A DNA stretch of 63,736 nt, the filler included, from Choristocarpus tenellus KU-1152 (taxonomy: Eukaryota > Protista > Phaeophyceae): assembly GCA_964200185.2 (NCBI GenBank). It is 9 parts of 9 records of this genome, joined end to end, with 100 filler letters (N's around TTAATTAATTAA, not from the genome) between each part and the next. Parts side by side here need not be neighbours in the genome. Positions count along the whole stretch, not along the records: positions 47,161 to 55,062 come from CAXNAD020005424.1; positions 55,163 to 59,430 come from CAXNAD020015384.1; positions 59,531 to 63,736 come from CAXNAD020015706.1; 6 more parts are not named here. One strand, given 5' to 3'. Every line of letters starts with the position of its first letter. Within the stretch, counting starts at the first letter, position 1. Of this stretch, positions 52,775 through 63,736 are shown piece after piece. The notes beneath the pieces were generated by a model, which ran no database searches, was not told the DNA's origin, and saw only the letters and a list, made by a program, of their open reading frames with translations. The position numbers were made by a program, and so were the translations under genes.

Positions 52775-54859
52775 ATGGCTAATGTCACAGATCCACTGGC
52801 TAGTTCTGTTCATGGCACCAACCCACAAAACCTCATCGAGAAGATCACGAGGCAGAAGATCTATAATAACCTGTGCGTTTGGTATCCCTTGATCTAGTGG
52901 AATTTTTATCTCAATGATTACACTTTAGGGCTACCTATGACCCCTGGATAGATGATGGGCTGCTGTACCCAGCCTCTTTTTTGTAGCTTCGTGGGTCATC
53001 ATCGTATGGCGAGAAGAGAGATTCACTCTAAACATTGAGAAAATGATGGAAGTAAGGTCATGTGCAAGAATTTGTGATACGGAAACACAGTTGGAATAAA
53101 ATGGTCCCAAACACTTTTGGGTCACGGAAGCCCCCTAATGCAAACACCATCTCAATCGAGGGGATGGCGCTGGATGATACCCTTGCATCAAGGACTTGCT
53201 TGCAGTGGAAAGAGGAGCTAGATGTTTTAACTCATTCCCCTTGATACAGCTGACTTACGACCAAATTTTGTTACACTTCATTGGGGAAGTATAAGTTGCC
53301 TTGTATCCTGTTCACGTACCCGAAACAAGCCCCTTGCATGAGGAAGGCGCAACACCGATTTCCCCTTACTATTCTTCCTATCTTTAGTGGTGTGAGCACC
53401 ATGCCTACTATGATACAGTCAGGGCGAAAGAGGCTCTGGATCCGTTTATGTAAGATCGTCGAGGCAGTTGTTCTACCGCTAACAGTTTGCAACATTTTCT
53501 TTCCTCATTCGTTCTCACATATGCTCTAGCATGTCATCTTACATGTCCTGCCTCTTTCTTGCAGATATTGGAAGGAGCACTGCTTCGGTCTCACTGCTGA
53601 AACCTTGGTGGACAAGGCAATGTTGCTCACGCATGTGGGTGGAACCTATGGAGGCATCCAGCAGCCCACCAAGTTCTTGTGTCTTGTTCTGAAGATGTTG
53701 CAGATACAGCCGGAGAAGGAGATCGTAATTGAGTTCATCAAGAATGAGGATTACAAGTGCGCATAAACATTTCTCACCAGTGCTGCCCTTAGGCAACATA
53801 GCGCCTTGCAACACGGTTTATGGAATACAGAATTGCTCTTCCCCTCAGCACAAAACGACTGAACAGATGTCTTCGATTCCCGGCGTTATTGGGTTCTTGC
53901 TTAGTAAGGGTTGGGGTGGGATGTTGGAAACAAGGCAAGCGATAATTTTTCATTTGATCAATTTAAATGTGCGTGATGTTATGGATGTGACCCTTATCCA
54001 GGATGAGAGCGTAGGTTGCTAAAATTTGTGACATCTAATTTTGTGTTAGATCTACCTCTGGTCTACCTCTGGGAGATGCAACTCGTGTTAATGTTATTGT
54101 ACTTTGAAAAAAAAAAATGCATCTGTTTCGTGCAGTGCAATGCCCTACCTACACCGCATTCGTGATGTTTGTGTTGATGCCAGCCTTGCCTCTCCCAGAG
54201 AACGCAATCATTTTTCTTTTTTTTGTGGCAGAATAACAGAGCAGAAGACCCCCCCAATCCCAATCCCGAATTTGAAACAAGCACCTGAAAATACAAAGTC
54301 GTGTATTTGTGTTTGTTAGTAAAAGTTCAATATGTATGTACACATGCTTCTTGTTGTGCTGCACTGCTTCTTGAAGGGATGCATCACTTCTAACTGGGTA
54401 TACCTTTTTTTGAGGACTGATATAGGTACTTTCTAGAATGATGGTTTGTGGTTCATGCTTCTTGAAAACGTACACCCAGAAGGAATTACCTTTTTTTTTT
54501 GTAACTGAAAATTCAGCCTCGTGCACAGTTTGAATTTTCTATTGGTACAGAGTACACAGTTGAATCATCATTTGGATTGGCCAACAGGATCAAAAATTGA
54601 TGTTGTAACTCCCTGCTAATGGAACGCCTGCACTGAGGGGATAGAGGTTCACTAGAGGGGCTGAGGTTGGTTATGGGTCTGGTTGAGCAGTTGAGCTTAC
54701 TTCTCTGTTGTTGCAAACCCCAACGCCTTCCCCTTTTTAGGTACGTCCGTGTTCTGGGCGCCTTCTACTTAAGACTAGTGGGGACCCCACCAGACATATT
54801 CCAGTACTTGGAGCCACTGTATAATGACTATCGAAAGATAAAGATGCGAAAAACGCCAG
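52775..54859 (+). CDS. PRP38: Pre-mRNA splicing factor PRP38 (PRPF38A-like), 5' exons 52775-52872, 53565-53756, 54741-54859; 3' part not found after the gap
   Basis: MANVTDPLASSVHGTNPQNLIEKITRQKIY..YWKEHCFGLTAETLVDKAM..VGGTYGG..PTKFLCLVLKMLQIQPEKEIVIEFIKNEDYKYVRVLGAFYLRL..YLEPLYNDYRKIK, the highly conserved Prp38 domain. Confidence 0.95.
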
Positions 54860-55062
54860 GTGGGAATTGACTTGCCCTCTCCGTACGGATACACCCGAGT
54901 GTAAACTTGGTGTTTAAGTGAGTACATTTATCCCTGTTTTTATCAAGTCACTCGGGAATGGTCTGAATTTTGTACTAGAAATATGTATGTAGATAGAAAT
55001 GTTGAGCGGCATGTATGAATATGGAAATGTGGTATAAATAGCACTCACTCCCTAACCCCCCC

Positions 55063-55162
55063 NNNNNNNNNNNNNNNNNNNNNNNNNNNNNNNNNNNNNN
55101 NNNNNNTTAATTAATTAANNNNNNNNNNNNNNNNNNNNNNNNNNNNNNNNNNNNNNNNNNNN
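55063..55162. other. Artificial contig linker
   Basis: N44-TTAATTAATTAA-N44. Confidence 0.97.
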
Positions 55163-57239
55163 AAACTCATCCTCCATAGTTGCTCCATCCTCAATTTTGG
55201 TGATCGGCTGTTAAATGTTGGCACACACAAAAGAAGACTAGTTGTGGATTTCTTATGTGTGTAGAAGTTGGGTGTTTCACAACTAATTATCAAGAATAGG
55301 AATTGCATTAATTTAAGCAATAAGCGAAAACCCTAAACCTCATGTTTGTTGAAGTGCTCAGCAGCAGAAATTACTACGCCTTTAATCAAATGAGAAAACA
55401 CACCATCAAGATACAATATAGGTCAGGACTTCACTCACATATGGACTCTATTGAACGTGGAAATAAGGTAGCAGCACCTGTAGTGTCAGTCCTTTTGATA
55501 CTGTACACCCTTTTCCCCCGAACAAGACACCCATCCCCTGCTCTGGAGTAAGTACTCGAGTACGTTTTTGCCGGGTGTTTCGGAGAGTCAGTGCCTTCTC
55601 CTCTTTTGTTTTTCGAGCAGTGAGGTGGACGGGATTCACAGCCTAGCGAATTTGCAGCAGGCACACACCACTTGAACAAGTCTTTCGACTGTATGCAGCC
55701 CACTACACACAAAATCAAGACCTTTGCCTTCAGTTAACCTTCTCATCTATCGAACTTTGAGAAGAACCCCTCCACGAGCTACTGGTGGACTGGCACAATA
55801 TACACCCTGTGGCAGGCTCATAGTAGTCATTCCCTCACAATGAACTCGCTGCAAGCTATAATGTTCATGGCAGAAGGTGCTGGTGTCGATTTGTCCACTT
55901 GCACCAGCAGCTAGTACAGACACAAAAAAGTCCGTATTGGTCAGGGACGAAGTTTCTCAGTATACGTCGAACTGCAGAAAGAACGAGGGGGAATGATGAG
56001 ATTGGTTCTCTCTTGACATGACAACGGGAGGAGAATGTATTTCGGGCACACTCAACCATATTGAATGCTAAGTCGGATCCTGTTATGTCAATTTTGAATC
56101 GAAGTATGTTCCAACCTTACGCACCTCATCGTTGGTGAGTAGGTGAAAGTCACGAAAAAGGTTGGCATATCCGCAACCCTGGCTAGTTGGAGGCCTGGAG
56201 CTAAATTATTGACCTCCCCATCCCATTCCCTGATGAATGTCCTGACATTTGCTAGTATCCGCTTGTAAGCCCACTGGAGAACAATATTGCGTAGGTCCAA
56301 TGCGACCTTGGCATGTACACATGCGCATCTTTGGCATACGAAGAATAATACATGGCCTTCTCCTGAAGTTACGGACGTGTGCGAAGTTTATGTTGATAAG
56401 TAACTTCTGAGAGGGCTTAATGTCTCCCATCATCTTTCCAAGAGAACATTGAGTCACAGATGACCATCCATCGTGACTCTGCTGAGCGCACGACCTTCCC
56501 TTTCCGCTATATTCCAAACTCTGTTTTCACTTCATTGATCAATTGGGAAGACGAGGCCTTCCTCCTGATACTATAATAAACACTGACAATTCCGACAAGT
56601 GATCGCTGGACCACTAGTCCCAAATTCTCGCCCCCGTTTCATCCATGAAGAGGGCAAGCCTCCAACTCTGCAGGGCTAATAAAGTGTAGTGTATGTAGGA
56701 CACATCCTCGATGCACAAGTAACACCTCAGGACTCATGTGCTTGGTGCTATCTACCTTTACTTTGTTATTTCCTGGTTGTTGTGAGAGTGTTACAGATTA
56801 TACTTCGACCCCACCATTTTTGGTCAGGACGTTTTTGTTGATTCAAATTTCAAAAGATGTGTCTTCTAGCCATTTGATTTGTCAAAAGACGATCAAAAGA
56901 GAAAATAATTCAAGGTTTTGTGAGATGATTATGACGACTTACTCTGAGTGGAAGATGGCGACAACGACTTTTTGGAAGGTGACATGTGGGACCTTGCAAT
57001 TAAAGAAAGTATCGAAAGATAACCCAGAAACAATTGGAGTACACTTTGATCTGCTTATTCCTTAAACTACTTTCAACATGAATTTATCCATCAAAACAAC
57101 ATCGCAATCCTGTGCAAAATGCCCTTCCAATTACAAAGGTTTCAGGTTATAGACCAGTAAACACAAGAGTAAAATAAACACCGCCTTTTAACAGATAATG
57201 CAATCTCTTCCACTGTGCATTTTTAGGAAAAAATAGATA

Positions 57240-57460
57240 GGGAATTGGCTTCCCACTGGGTCTTTTTGTGATATTTCCTACTCTGAACGTTTTCGAAGTA
57301 GGTAAAATGTCTACGTTTAGGACAAGGTATAATGTTTATGTCCAGGAGATGGATATTGGCACTTCTTAACAAACACTATACCCCAAATTACATCAAAATT
57401 ACAACATTGGAATTTGGTCCCCAAAAGGACATAGCTCTACACCTTAAGGTACTTTGACTC
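57240..57460 (-). mobile_element. MITE family A copy 10 (old, one end truncated)
   Basis: Diverged internal sequence ending ...ctacaccttaaggtactttgactc. Confidence 0.75.
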
Positions 57461-57729
57461 CAACTGTGGTTTGTGTAAGGTTTCCACCTTGCAATTGAAT
57501 ATAGATTGTGTATCACAAAACATTCTTCAATATTAAAAAGAAAAACATTACTAGTAAAACTTCATTACCGATGTTCTCCTTATTGGTATGGAGCACATCT
57601 CACGTACAAGTAGAAACAAAGAAACATCTCGCCTTCCAAACTACATCAAAGCAATCATGAGACAAACAGTTCAGTCCTCAAGAGGAATTCCGTTAACAAA
57701 TTTGCCAACCAAGGTATCATCGTTGCGTT

Positions 57730-59179
57730 TCATTGTCTGGATATGTCCTTTCTTGATATCATTGATGAAATGGTGCTTTCGACTTGATTTCTCATCATAT
57801 TCGCCTGTAGGAAGGCTGTAGCCATCCACCTGTTAGTTAGAAACAGGTTAAAATGTTGTTCGGTGGTTTTACATACATGACAAAAAGAAACATTTTTATT
57901 GAGTTGTTGCAATGGTAATAAAAAAATACTTACTTTGCTTAGCTTTACGATGTACCCAAGAGCACCAAGAGCACCAACAGTAATCTTGCTCAGTAGCTCT
58001 TCCCCATCACTGGCGTATCCTGTCATCAACTCATTTCCAAAAATATCCTGTCATGAAGAGACGGAATTTGGGATCTTTAAGCTACATGTTCTACTTTGAT
58101 GCTTTCTTACCGAGGTAGAAAAAAAAGTCGAAACAGGGGATACATGTTGGACTGTCATTTCGCAAACGCATCAAATACAACTCCTCTTGTTCCTCCCCTG
58201 GGTAGGCTGAAATAGAAAAAATGATATTTCCGATAAATACGACTACAAGTCTCACCTCATCCCAGTGACGACATGCTGTCCCCTCTCCTTTCAGTGAGCA
58301 AGGGGGAAAGAAAAGTGATACAATAGACGTTAAAACAGTTGGGTTTAGATAGTTGCATGCTAAAAGTGTGTACCTTGCAAATATTGCAAGCGATTAAAAA
58401 ACGAGAATAAAATACATCAATCTCTGGCATAGGCCATTCGAGATGAAACCACATTTTCTGGGAACTCGACTACAGGAACAACTTCTGACTATCAATCCAT
58501 TTCTTAATTCTTGTCTTGAACTCGAATTAGCTCCAAAATATTTATCTTGGAAAAAACTAGGTTTACCTCATAGTTAATTTTGTGCTAATGTCTCTGTGAA
58601 TTATACAATAGTGGAGAGTCAAAGTAAGCGCTAGCTACCTGGAGTTGGATTGCAAGTATGCTCACAAGAATGTTCTAATTTTATTAACACGTTTCAACAA
58701 ATAGAGAAATGTACGCTCTAAAGTCTAGCTTTAGACTTCATCAAAAGAAACATCGGTGAATTACAAGAGACTGCAAACAGACTTGCACCAAATAGAAAAA
58801 AACCCGATTACCTCTCTTTACTTTTGCTCAAGACTAAAGTACGTGTCTACATCAAGTTCAGATAGAGTCTGTTAATTACTTAAACCAGAACACTTAAGAA
58901 GCAAAGCGTGAGTTCAACACAAGCTGGGATCAATCCAACGCAGCACCTACAGATTCATGACATACCTCTGTCCAGCTCCCAATCATTTCTGGGATCTTTG
59001 GGAGCTTGACGCCTGTGAAGATTTTTTTGTACTCCTTACGTGCAGTGGGGCATCTCTCCTTAAAGAGTAGAGCAGAAGATGGATCACCACTACCTTGGTA
59101 ATAGCAAGCTGTGCAGCCTGGATCATCATAAACCTCTACTCCACCTCACCAGTTCCAGAAAGGGTGATCCCAAATAATC
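57730..59179 (-). pseudogene. Leishmanolysin-like (peptidase M8) gene, 3' exons, apparently disrupted: 59179-58966, 58287-58256, 58047-57934, 57804-57730
   Basis: Spliced EGTACRHWDE-DIFGNELMTGY...SKITVGALGALGY matches the M8 motif GTxxSHW...NELMTG..SxITxxxLxDLGY (third Zn ligand plus Met-turn). The upstream exon has an in-frame TGA and needs a frameshift. The HExxH exon is not seen. Confidence 0.7.
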
Positions 59180-59323
59180 CTGTCAAAGAGAGTTTAGAGA
59201 CCAATTCAGTATAAAGAAGTAGCAAAAGATGGGTCAGACTGTTGAACTAGACTACTGAAAGGTAATTTCAACGAGCTGCAACATAACATACACAGGGTTG
59301 GGATGCTGTTGTTACTTACCCAA

Positions 59324-59579
59324 GAGTGAAAGTATCTTAGAGGGTACAAGTATTGCCCGGTTTGTCCATTTGGGGTTTGGCTTCTCAGGATTTTTCTAAC
59401 GACATTTTCCTACTCCAAAATGTTTCGGAGNNNNNNNNNNNNNNNNNNNNNNNNNNNNNNNNNNNNNNNNNNNNTTAATTAATTAANNNNNNNNNNNNNN
59501 NNNNNNNNNNNNNNNNNNNNNNNNNNNNNNTTTTGACCCCCAAATGGACGCGGCTCTACCCTCTAAGATACTTTGGCTC
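59324..59579 (-). mobile_element. MITE family A copy 11, interrupted by the contig linker at 59431-59530
   Basis: Left TIR at 59324 and right TIR ending at 59579; flanks (caa/ttt) do not match, so this may be two different copies joined. Confidence 0.8.
59431..59530. other. Artificial contig linker
   Basis: N44-TTAATTAATTAA-N44. Confidence 0.97.
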
Positions 59580-59812
59580 TTTACCTAAATACATTGTCAA
59601 CAACCAGTGGCAATTAATTCTTCCTTTTGACTGTTGACTCTCAATCACTCTCTACATTGTAACGACAAATGACTCTTTGTCCTGTATTACGTCTTTCTAC
59701 CTCTTCTTGTGTGTATTTTACAAAAGTAAAATGCCAATTGTACCTTTCACTATCACCTAAAGCGTCAATAGTGCAAAATGCAAAGCACTGTTTGAAAAAC
59801 AAGATCCCATCA

Positions 59813-61722
59813 TCAGGACCTCATCCAAACAACCTCTCTGTTTCCTTCCTTGTACTTGTAGTGTGCTATGAGCCTATTCCTAAGCTCATCAAATCCCATC
59901 TCCCTCTCCACATAATCTTCAGAGCCCCCTCCCCCCTGGTCCCTTGGCATGCCCATCCGTGTGAAATCAGTTTTAGGGTCACTGTAGAAGGCATCATGCA
60001 GACCAGCATCTCCCCTGTCCAATCAGTTTTGCCCTCCAACTCTCCAAGGCTATCATATGATGAAGCATATTTTGCAATATGCAGCAAGTGAAGAATAAGT
60101 TATTTATCTTCTTCCTTTCCGAATATAGTAGTGGCAGCTTGAGGATTCTGAAGCGGCCCTTGACTTTGCCAAAAAAACACTCGACATCCTTGCGCACACT
60201 CTCCACTCGTTCACTCCACCTTACCTGTGCCTGAGTGACGGACGCCCTCAGGGGACATATTGTGCACCTCCACTGCAAATGCAAAGATCGGGTTGGGCAA
60301 AGGAATGTTGACTTGCTAGTTTGATGAGCACTCATTTTCACAGGAGCTAACCCTAACATAGGCATGGCCGTACAGTCACGTTTTTCCTGTCACCTTGTGG
60401 TAGCCCCCATCGACAAGGACATAGGCCCCTTTCTCGGTGTAACATTTCCCGACGGAATCCTTGATTTTGTACTCCAGCTGTCTGTATGTGGAGTCATCCC
60501 TAAGTTTCTGGATAGCACCATCATATCGAATGACTGTCTTGGCGTTTTTGGCTCCAGGAAACCCAGCCGTCACTCCCCGTGCAAATCCAGTATGGTCAAC
60601 GGTCACTTCATAGGCGACCGTCGCGTAATCCTCCTTACCGATGTATTACTGGGCATCACTAATGGGCGCCCTCTCCCACCGCACATGTATCACATCAGTA
60701 GAACCCGCAGTACCAGGAAACTCCACAGCTCCATACGTGCGCATGACCTCCCCCAAATCTTCGCCCTCTGGTAGATAAATCCAACTCGAATACATATCAC
60801 GCACAAAACACTCACGGAATCGGTGAAACGTGGTTTGTGCTGTGCTCTCAGATATACCGGAAAGTTGCTCGATATCATCAAAGCAGTTTCCCCTGGCGAG
60901 GATTTGGAGGACCGATAGCACCTGCAGGCGGCAAGTCACATCCAGTACTGTCAGACCAAAGGACGGTTGAATCTACGAGGCCTATCGAGGTAGTCCTTTC
61001 ACACACAAACTCTACTGGCGGGTATACTCACCTTGAGCTTCACAGGTATGCTAGGGCGTCCAGTGGCATCTGCGGTTCGACAACCAAGCCATCCCTGCCT
61101 TTGCACCTCCTTTACTAAATCTTCAAAGAAAATATGGGACTCGGAACCACCTCCTGAACTTCCACGCCTCCCGCGAAGTGACGTCTCTCAGATCTTCCTC
61201 TCTCCCCAGCATAACCCCCCACGAGCTCGCCATTTAAATGGGCCGGTCTTGGGGGATACGAAACCTACGAAATAATGGACGTTCTTCCTCCTCATCCTCC
61301 TTGTCCATAAAAGCGGAGATGAGCAATATCCCAGTTGCGTTTATCCTAGATGACGCCTCCTACATGAAGGTAGATTCATCGAAAGATGATGAACGGACAA
61401 CGATGAAATTCGGTCTCTCTCACTCTCTTTTTCCATTTTTTCCATCTTGAACCAGATGTGGTAACGGTAATAACTCTGTAGCCCCAAATACATTGCTACG
61501 AACAACAACAGAGGGCAAATCGAAACACCAAGAATTCCATTCAGATTTGCCTTGAAAATTGGTCAAGAATGGTATGATCCACCCTCCGTTCAGTTTTGCC
61601 TCAGAAATGCCTCAAAATTGCAATATAATTGTCATTTGTCACGATTTTCTGTTTCGAAATGCCTAAAAAAGGGAAAAAGCAAAACGAAACGGGGGTGAAA
61701 ACGTGCGTATAGGAAGATGGCC
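59813..61722 (-). mobile_element. PIF/Harbinger transposon with an intron-containing, pseudogenized transposase (approx. 61308-59813) and a TIR ending at 61722
   Basis: FRRWFRVPY, LQILARGNCFDDIEQLSGISES (HTH), FPGTAGSTDVIHV, GAKNAKT, VDGGYHK, ESVRKDVECFFGKVKGRFRIL, CCILQNM. In-frame TAA at 60646-60648 and frameshifts. Terminus GGCCATC(T)TCCTATACGCAC next to TTA/TAA. Confidence 0.88.
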
Positions 61723-61826
61723 TAACTCTCTTCGGTCACATTTTTCCAGTTCTCTTTTTCCTGTTCAGTTTTTCACCAAAAAGCAAAACCAAACAGCAAA
61801 ACAAAACGTGCGTATAGGAGATGGCC
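61723..61826 (-). mobile_element. Second Harbinger-type terminus (host element of a nested insertion)
   Basis: ...gtgcgtataggagatggcc|taa at 61826; homologous to 43450-43551. Confidence 0.7.
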
Positions 61827-63566
61827 TAATGGATCTCATTTTGCACACTCTATTGTTACACCTATATACTCACAAAGGCGTTGTTTTGAGTACCTTTACA
61901 TTTGTTGCTCGCAGTCCGTGCGACCCCAAACGTGCGCGCGGTTTCCACATAGTTGAAGACGTTAATGGAAGTTGGACCGATCTTCAAACAGCTGCAGATC
62001 ATTTTAGCCTGCTGTCTCCCTTCACCAACTCAATCACATTTCTCTTCAGAGTTTGGGTGTAATAAATAAAGATTCCCTTGAACAAATCCAGCGTACGACC
62101 CTCTGCGAAAGACACCCTTGCCTCACATCTCTGACTGAGAAAGCACGGGGCATAGACCGACTAGTCGACATTGTGAGTTGACTCGTTTGAATAATTTTTT
62201 CTATATATATCTCTCAAAGAAAGATCCTCACATGCTGTTGTTCATGGAATTTGATAAAGTGGTATTGCTTGACACCTATTGTCTCAATCCTCGCCAACCA
62301 CGAACCTCTCCTCCCTCGTCTTTTCAATTCCTGCATAGATCCTGGAGACATGAAGTCAATCTCGACAAACACTACAATACATCTGTGTCGAATCGGTCTA
62401 ATCCTGGTGGTGGTGGCTTGCCTGAACGCCGTATCTGGACGCGATGTCCTGACCCATGACTGTACTTCCCACTGCTCAGTGAAACATACTACGGAAGAAT
62501 CTGAAATGCGACTTTGCACTGAACTCTGTCGACTGGCCGAATTCCCCGAGTATGCCACAATGGACTGAGAGGGTGTTCCATGGTGAGCACGATACGATTA
62601 TGAAGCCCCCTTATGTTTTTCGCGAGCATCAATAGTGTTGCGATGTGAAAGCTTGTGTGGTTTCTGTGTGCCTAGTATGGATCAACCAATCACGATTCCA
62701 CGTGCCGCCATTAATAATTTAGTGGGTGCCCAGAGTAGTTCTCGGGCTCATGTGGCAGCCCACAGGAAAGGTAAGCGTAGTATACCAAAGTATTAAAAGA
62801 AGCAAACGTAGACGTAGTCCTTATGGCCTTTTGCATTATCAACCACCTCACCTTGCGTAGAATATCGAACGAGGAGGGATTGGATGGATCTGTTTCCCTT
62901 GTACGCTGGTGACTGCCAACCCATTGCTTGAAACCTATATTAAAAAATATCAGCGCCCTTTACCGTTCGGCCCACCCTTTCCTCTTCATGGCTCACAGGA
63001 AACAGTATACTAAGATATAAAAGTATCGGAAGGTGATGCACAGCTACGCTTACCAATTTCTGCGAGAAGTTCATGATGATGTGGTTGAGGGGGGAAATGC
63101 CCCGCCAATGAACATCGTGCAGCAAGGTCGATCATCTTGCGTGTATTGTGTTCCCAATGAAAGTTTTGTGGTGAACAGGTGGATGCAGGAATTATGAAGA
63201 TATGTTGATCGTTAAAGGGGGTTAGGTCATCGATGGAAGTGGGGTGGTGCATTTTTCATGGATTGCAGTAGTGGGGGACGCGTCCATTTCTCCTGCACAC
63301 AAGATTCAGATCAAGGGAGGTGTGGTATGCACTTCCCCTTTCTCCTATTGACAACCAGGGGATTAAGGTCGTGTAAAACCTGTTGGTTCCCACTAGTAAG
63401 ACCTGTTCGCTTCTTCAAGAGAAGTTTGTTCCACTTACGCAATTTGAGCAACAGGCGACCCTGCCTATTAGAATGTACCGCGAGTTGTAGAATGGTTGGC
63501 TATATACGCGTGGCAGGTATCTTGATACGGGTTTGCCTGAAGTTGCCAGTTTGGGAAGATAGGGCA

Positions 63567-63718
63567 GGCTCAATGTATCTGGAGGGGGGGGTGGCGACTG
63601 TCCATTTGGGGCCAATTTTTTCCATGTCGCGTTTTTTGGGCGATTTGGTTGCATACATCGGATGGATATTGTAAGTGCACTTTTCCTGGTTATGGTCCAA
63701 TTGGACACCCTGGTGTAG
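63567..63718 (+). mobile_element. Family B asymmetric element, full length
   Basis: GGCTCAATGTATCTGGAGGGGGGGGTGGCGACTGTCCATTTGGGG ... CCAATTGGACACCCTGGTGTAG. Confidence 0.78.
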
Positions 63719-63736
63719 ATTGGCCGCCGCCCCCCC

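Noticed and set aside
59146-59148. In-frame TGA in the M8 gene as evidence of UGA readthrough by the variant tRNA-Trp
   Set aside because: The same gene has frameshifts, and TGA is used as a normal stop in the hydrolase gene; pseudogenisation is simpler
13470-59579. Recurring TATCTTAGAGGGTA repeats as a possible CRISPR-like or regulatory array
   Set aside because: Copies are dispersed, occur as inverted pairs ~258 bp apart with a conserved interior and TSDs; these are MITEs, with no spacers or cas genes
62178-63500. Possible Harbinger second ORF or tyrosine-recombinase relic
   Set aside because: Lies outside the Harbinger terminus and shows no supportable motif

Overview
Eukaryotic nuclear sequence from a fragmented assembly. 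Nine contigs are joined by artificial 100-nt linkers (N44-TTAATTAATTAA-N44). GT-AG introns, a heterokont-type plastid-targeting N-terminus, a GT2 cellulose-synthase-like gene, GCPWD-type ankyrin repeats and TTAGGG-like repeats suggest a photosynthetic stramenopile, probably a brown alga or close relative (inference). Genes spliced by hand: a complete 6-exon alpha/beta hydrolase, a cellulose-synthase-like GT2 cut by a gap, an intronless F-box-like/ankyrin gene, the 3' exons of an acid-lipase-family gene, tRNA-Trp(CCA), a complete 6-exon torsin-like pseudo-ATPase membrane protein head-to-head with PRP38 (3' part missing), and a decayed leishmanolysin (M8) peptidase. Intergenic and intronic space is rich in transposons: 11 copies of a ~258-bp GAG...CTC MITE, a related asymmetric ~150-bp element, CAC...GTG MITEs (two carrying telomere-like repeats), Sola2-like, hAT and PIF/Harbinger transposase relics, and a ~2.2-kb degenerate TTAGGG array. 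The most interesting object is the torsin-like protein. It has a signal peptide, an AAA-like domain with degenerate Walker A/B but a retained candidate arginine finger, one TM helix and a basic tail. It may be a LAP1/LULL1-like torsin activator with inverted (type I) topology. All family assignments rest on motif recognition by eye; no database searches were run.
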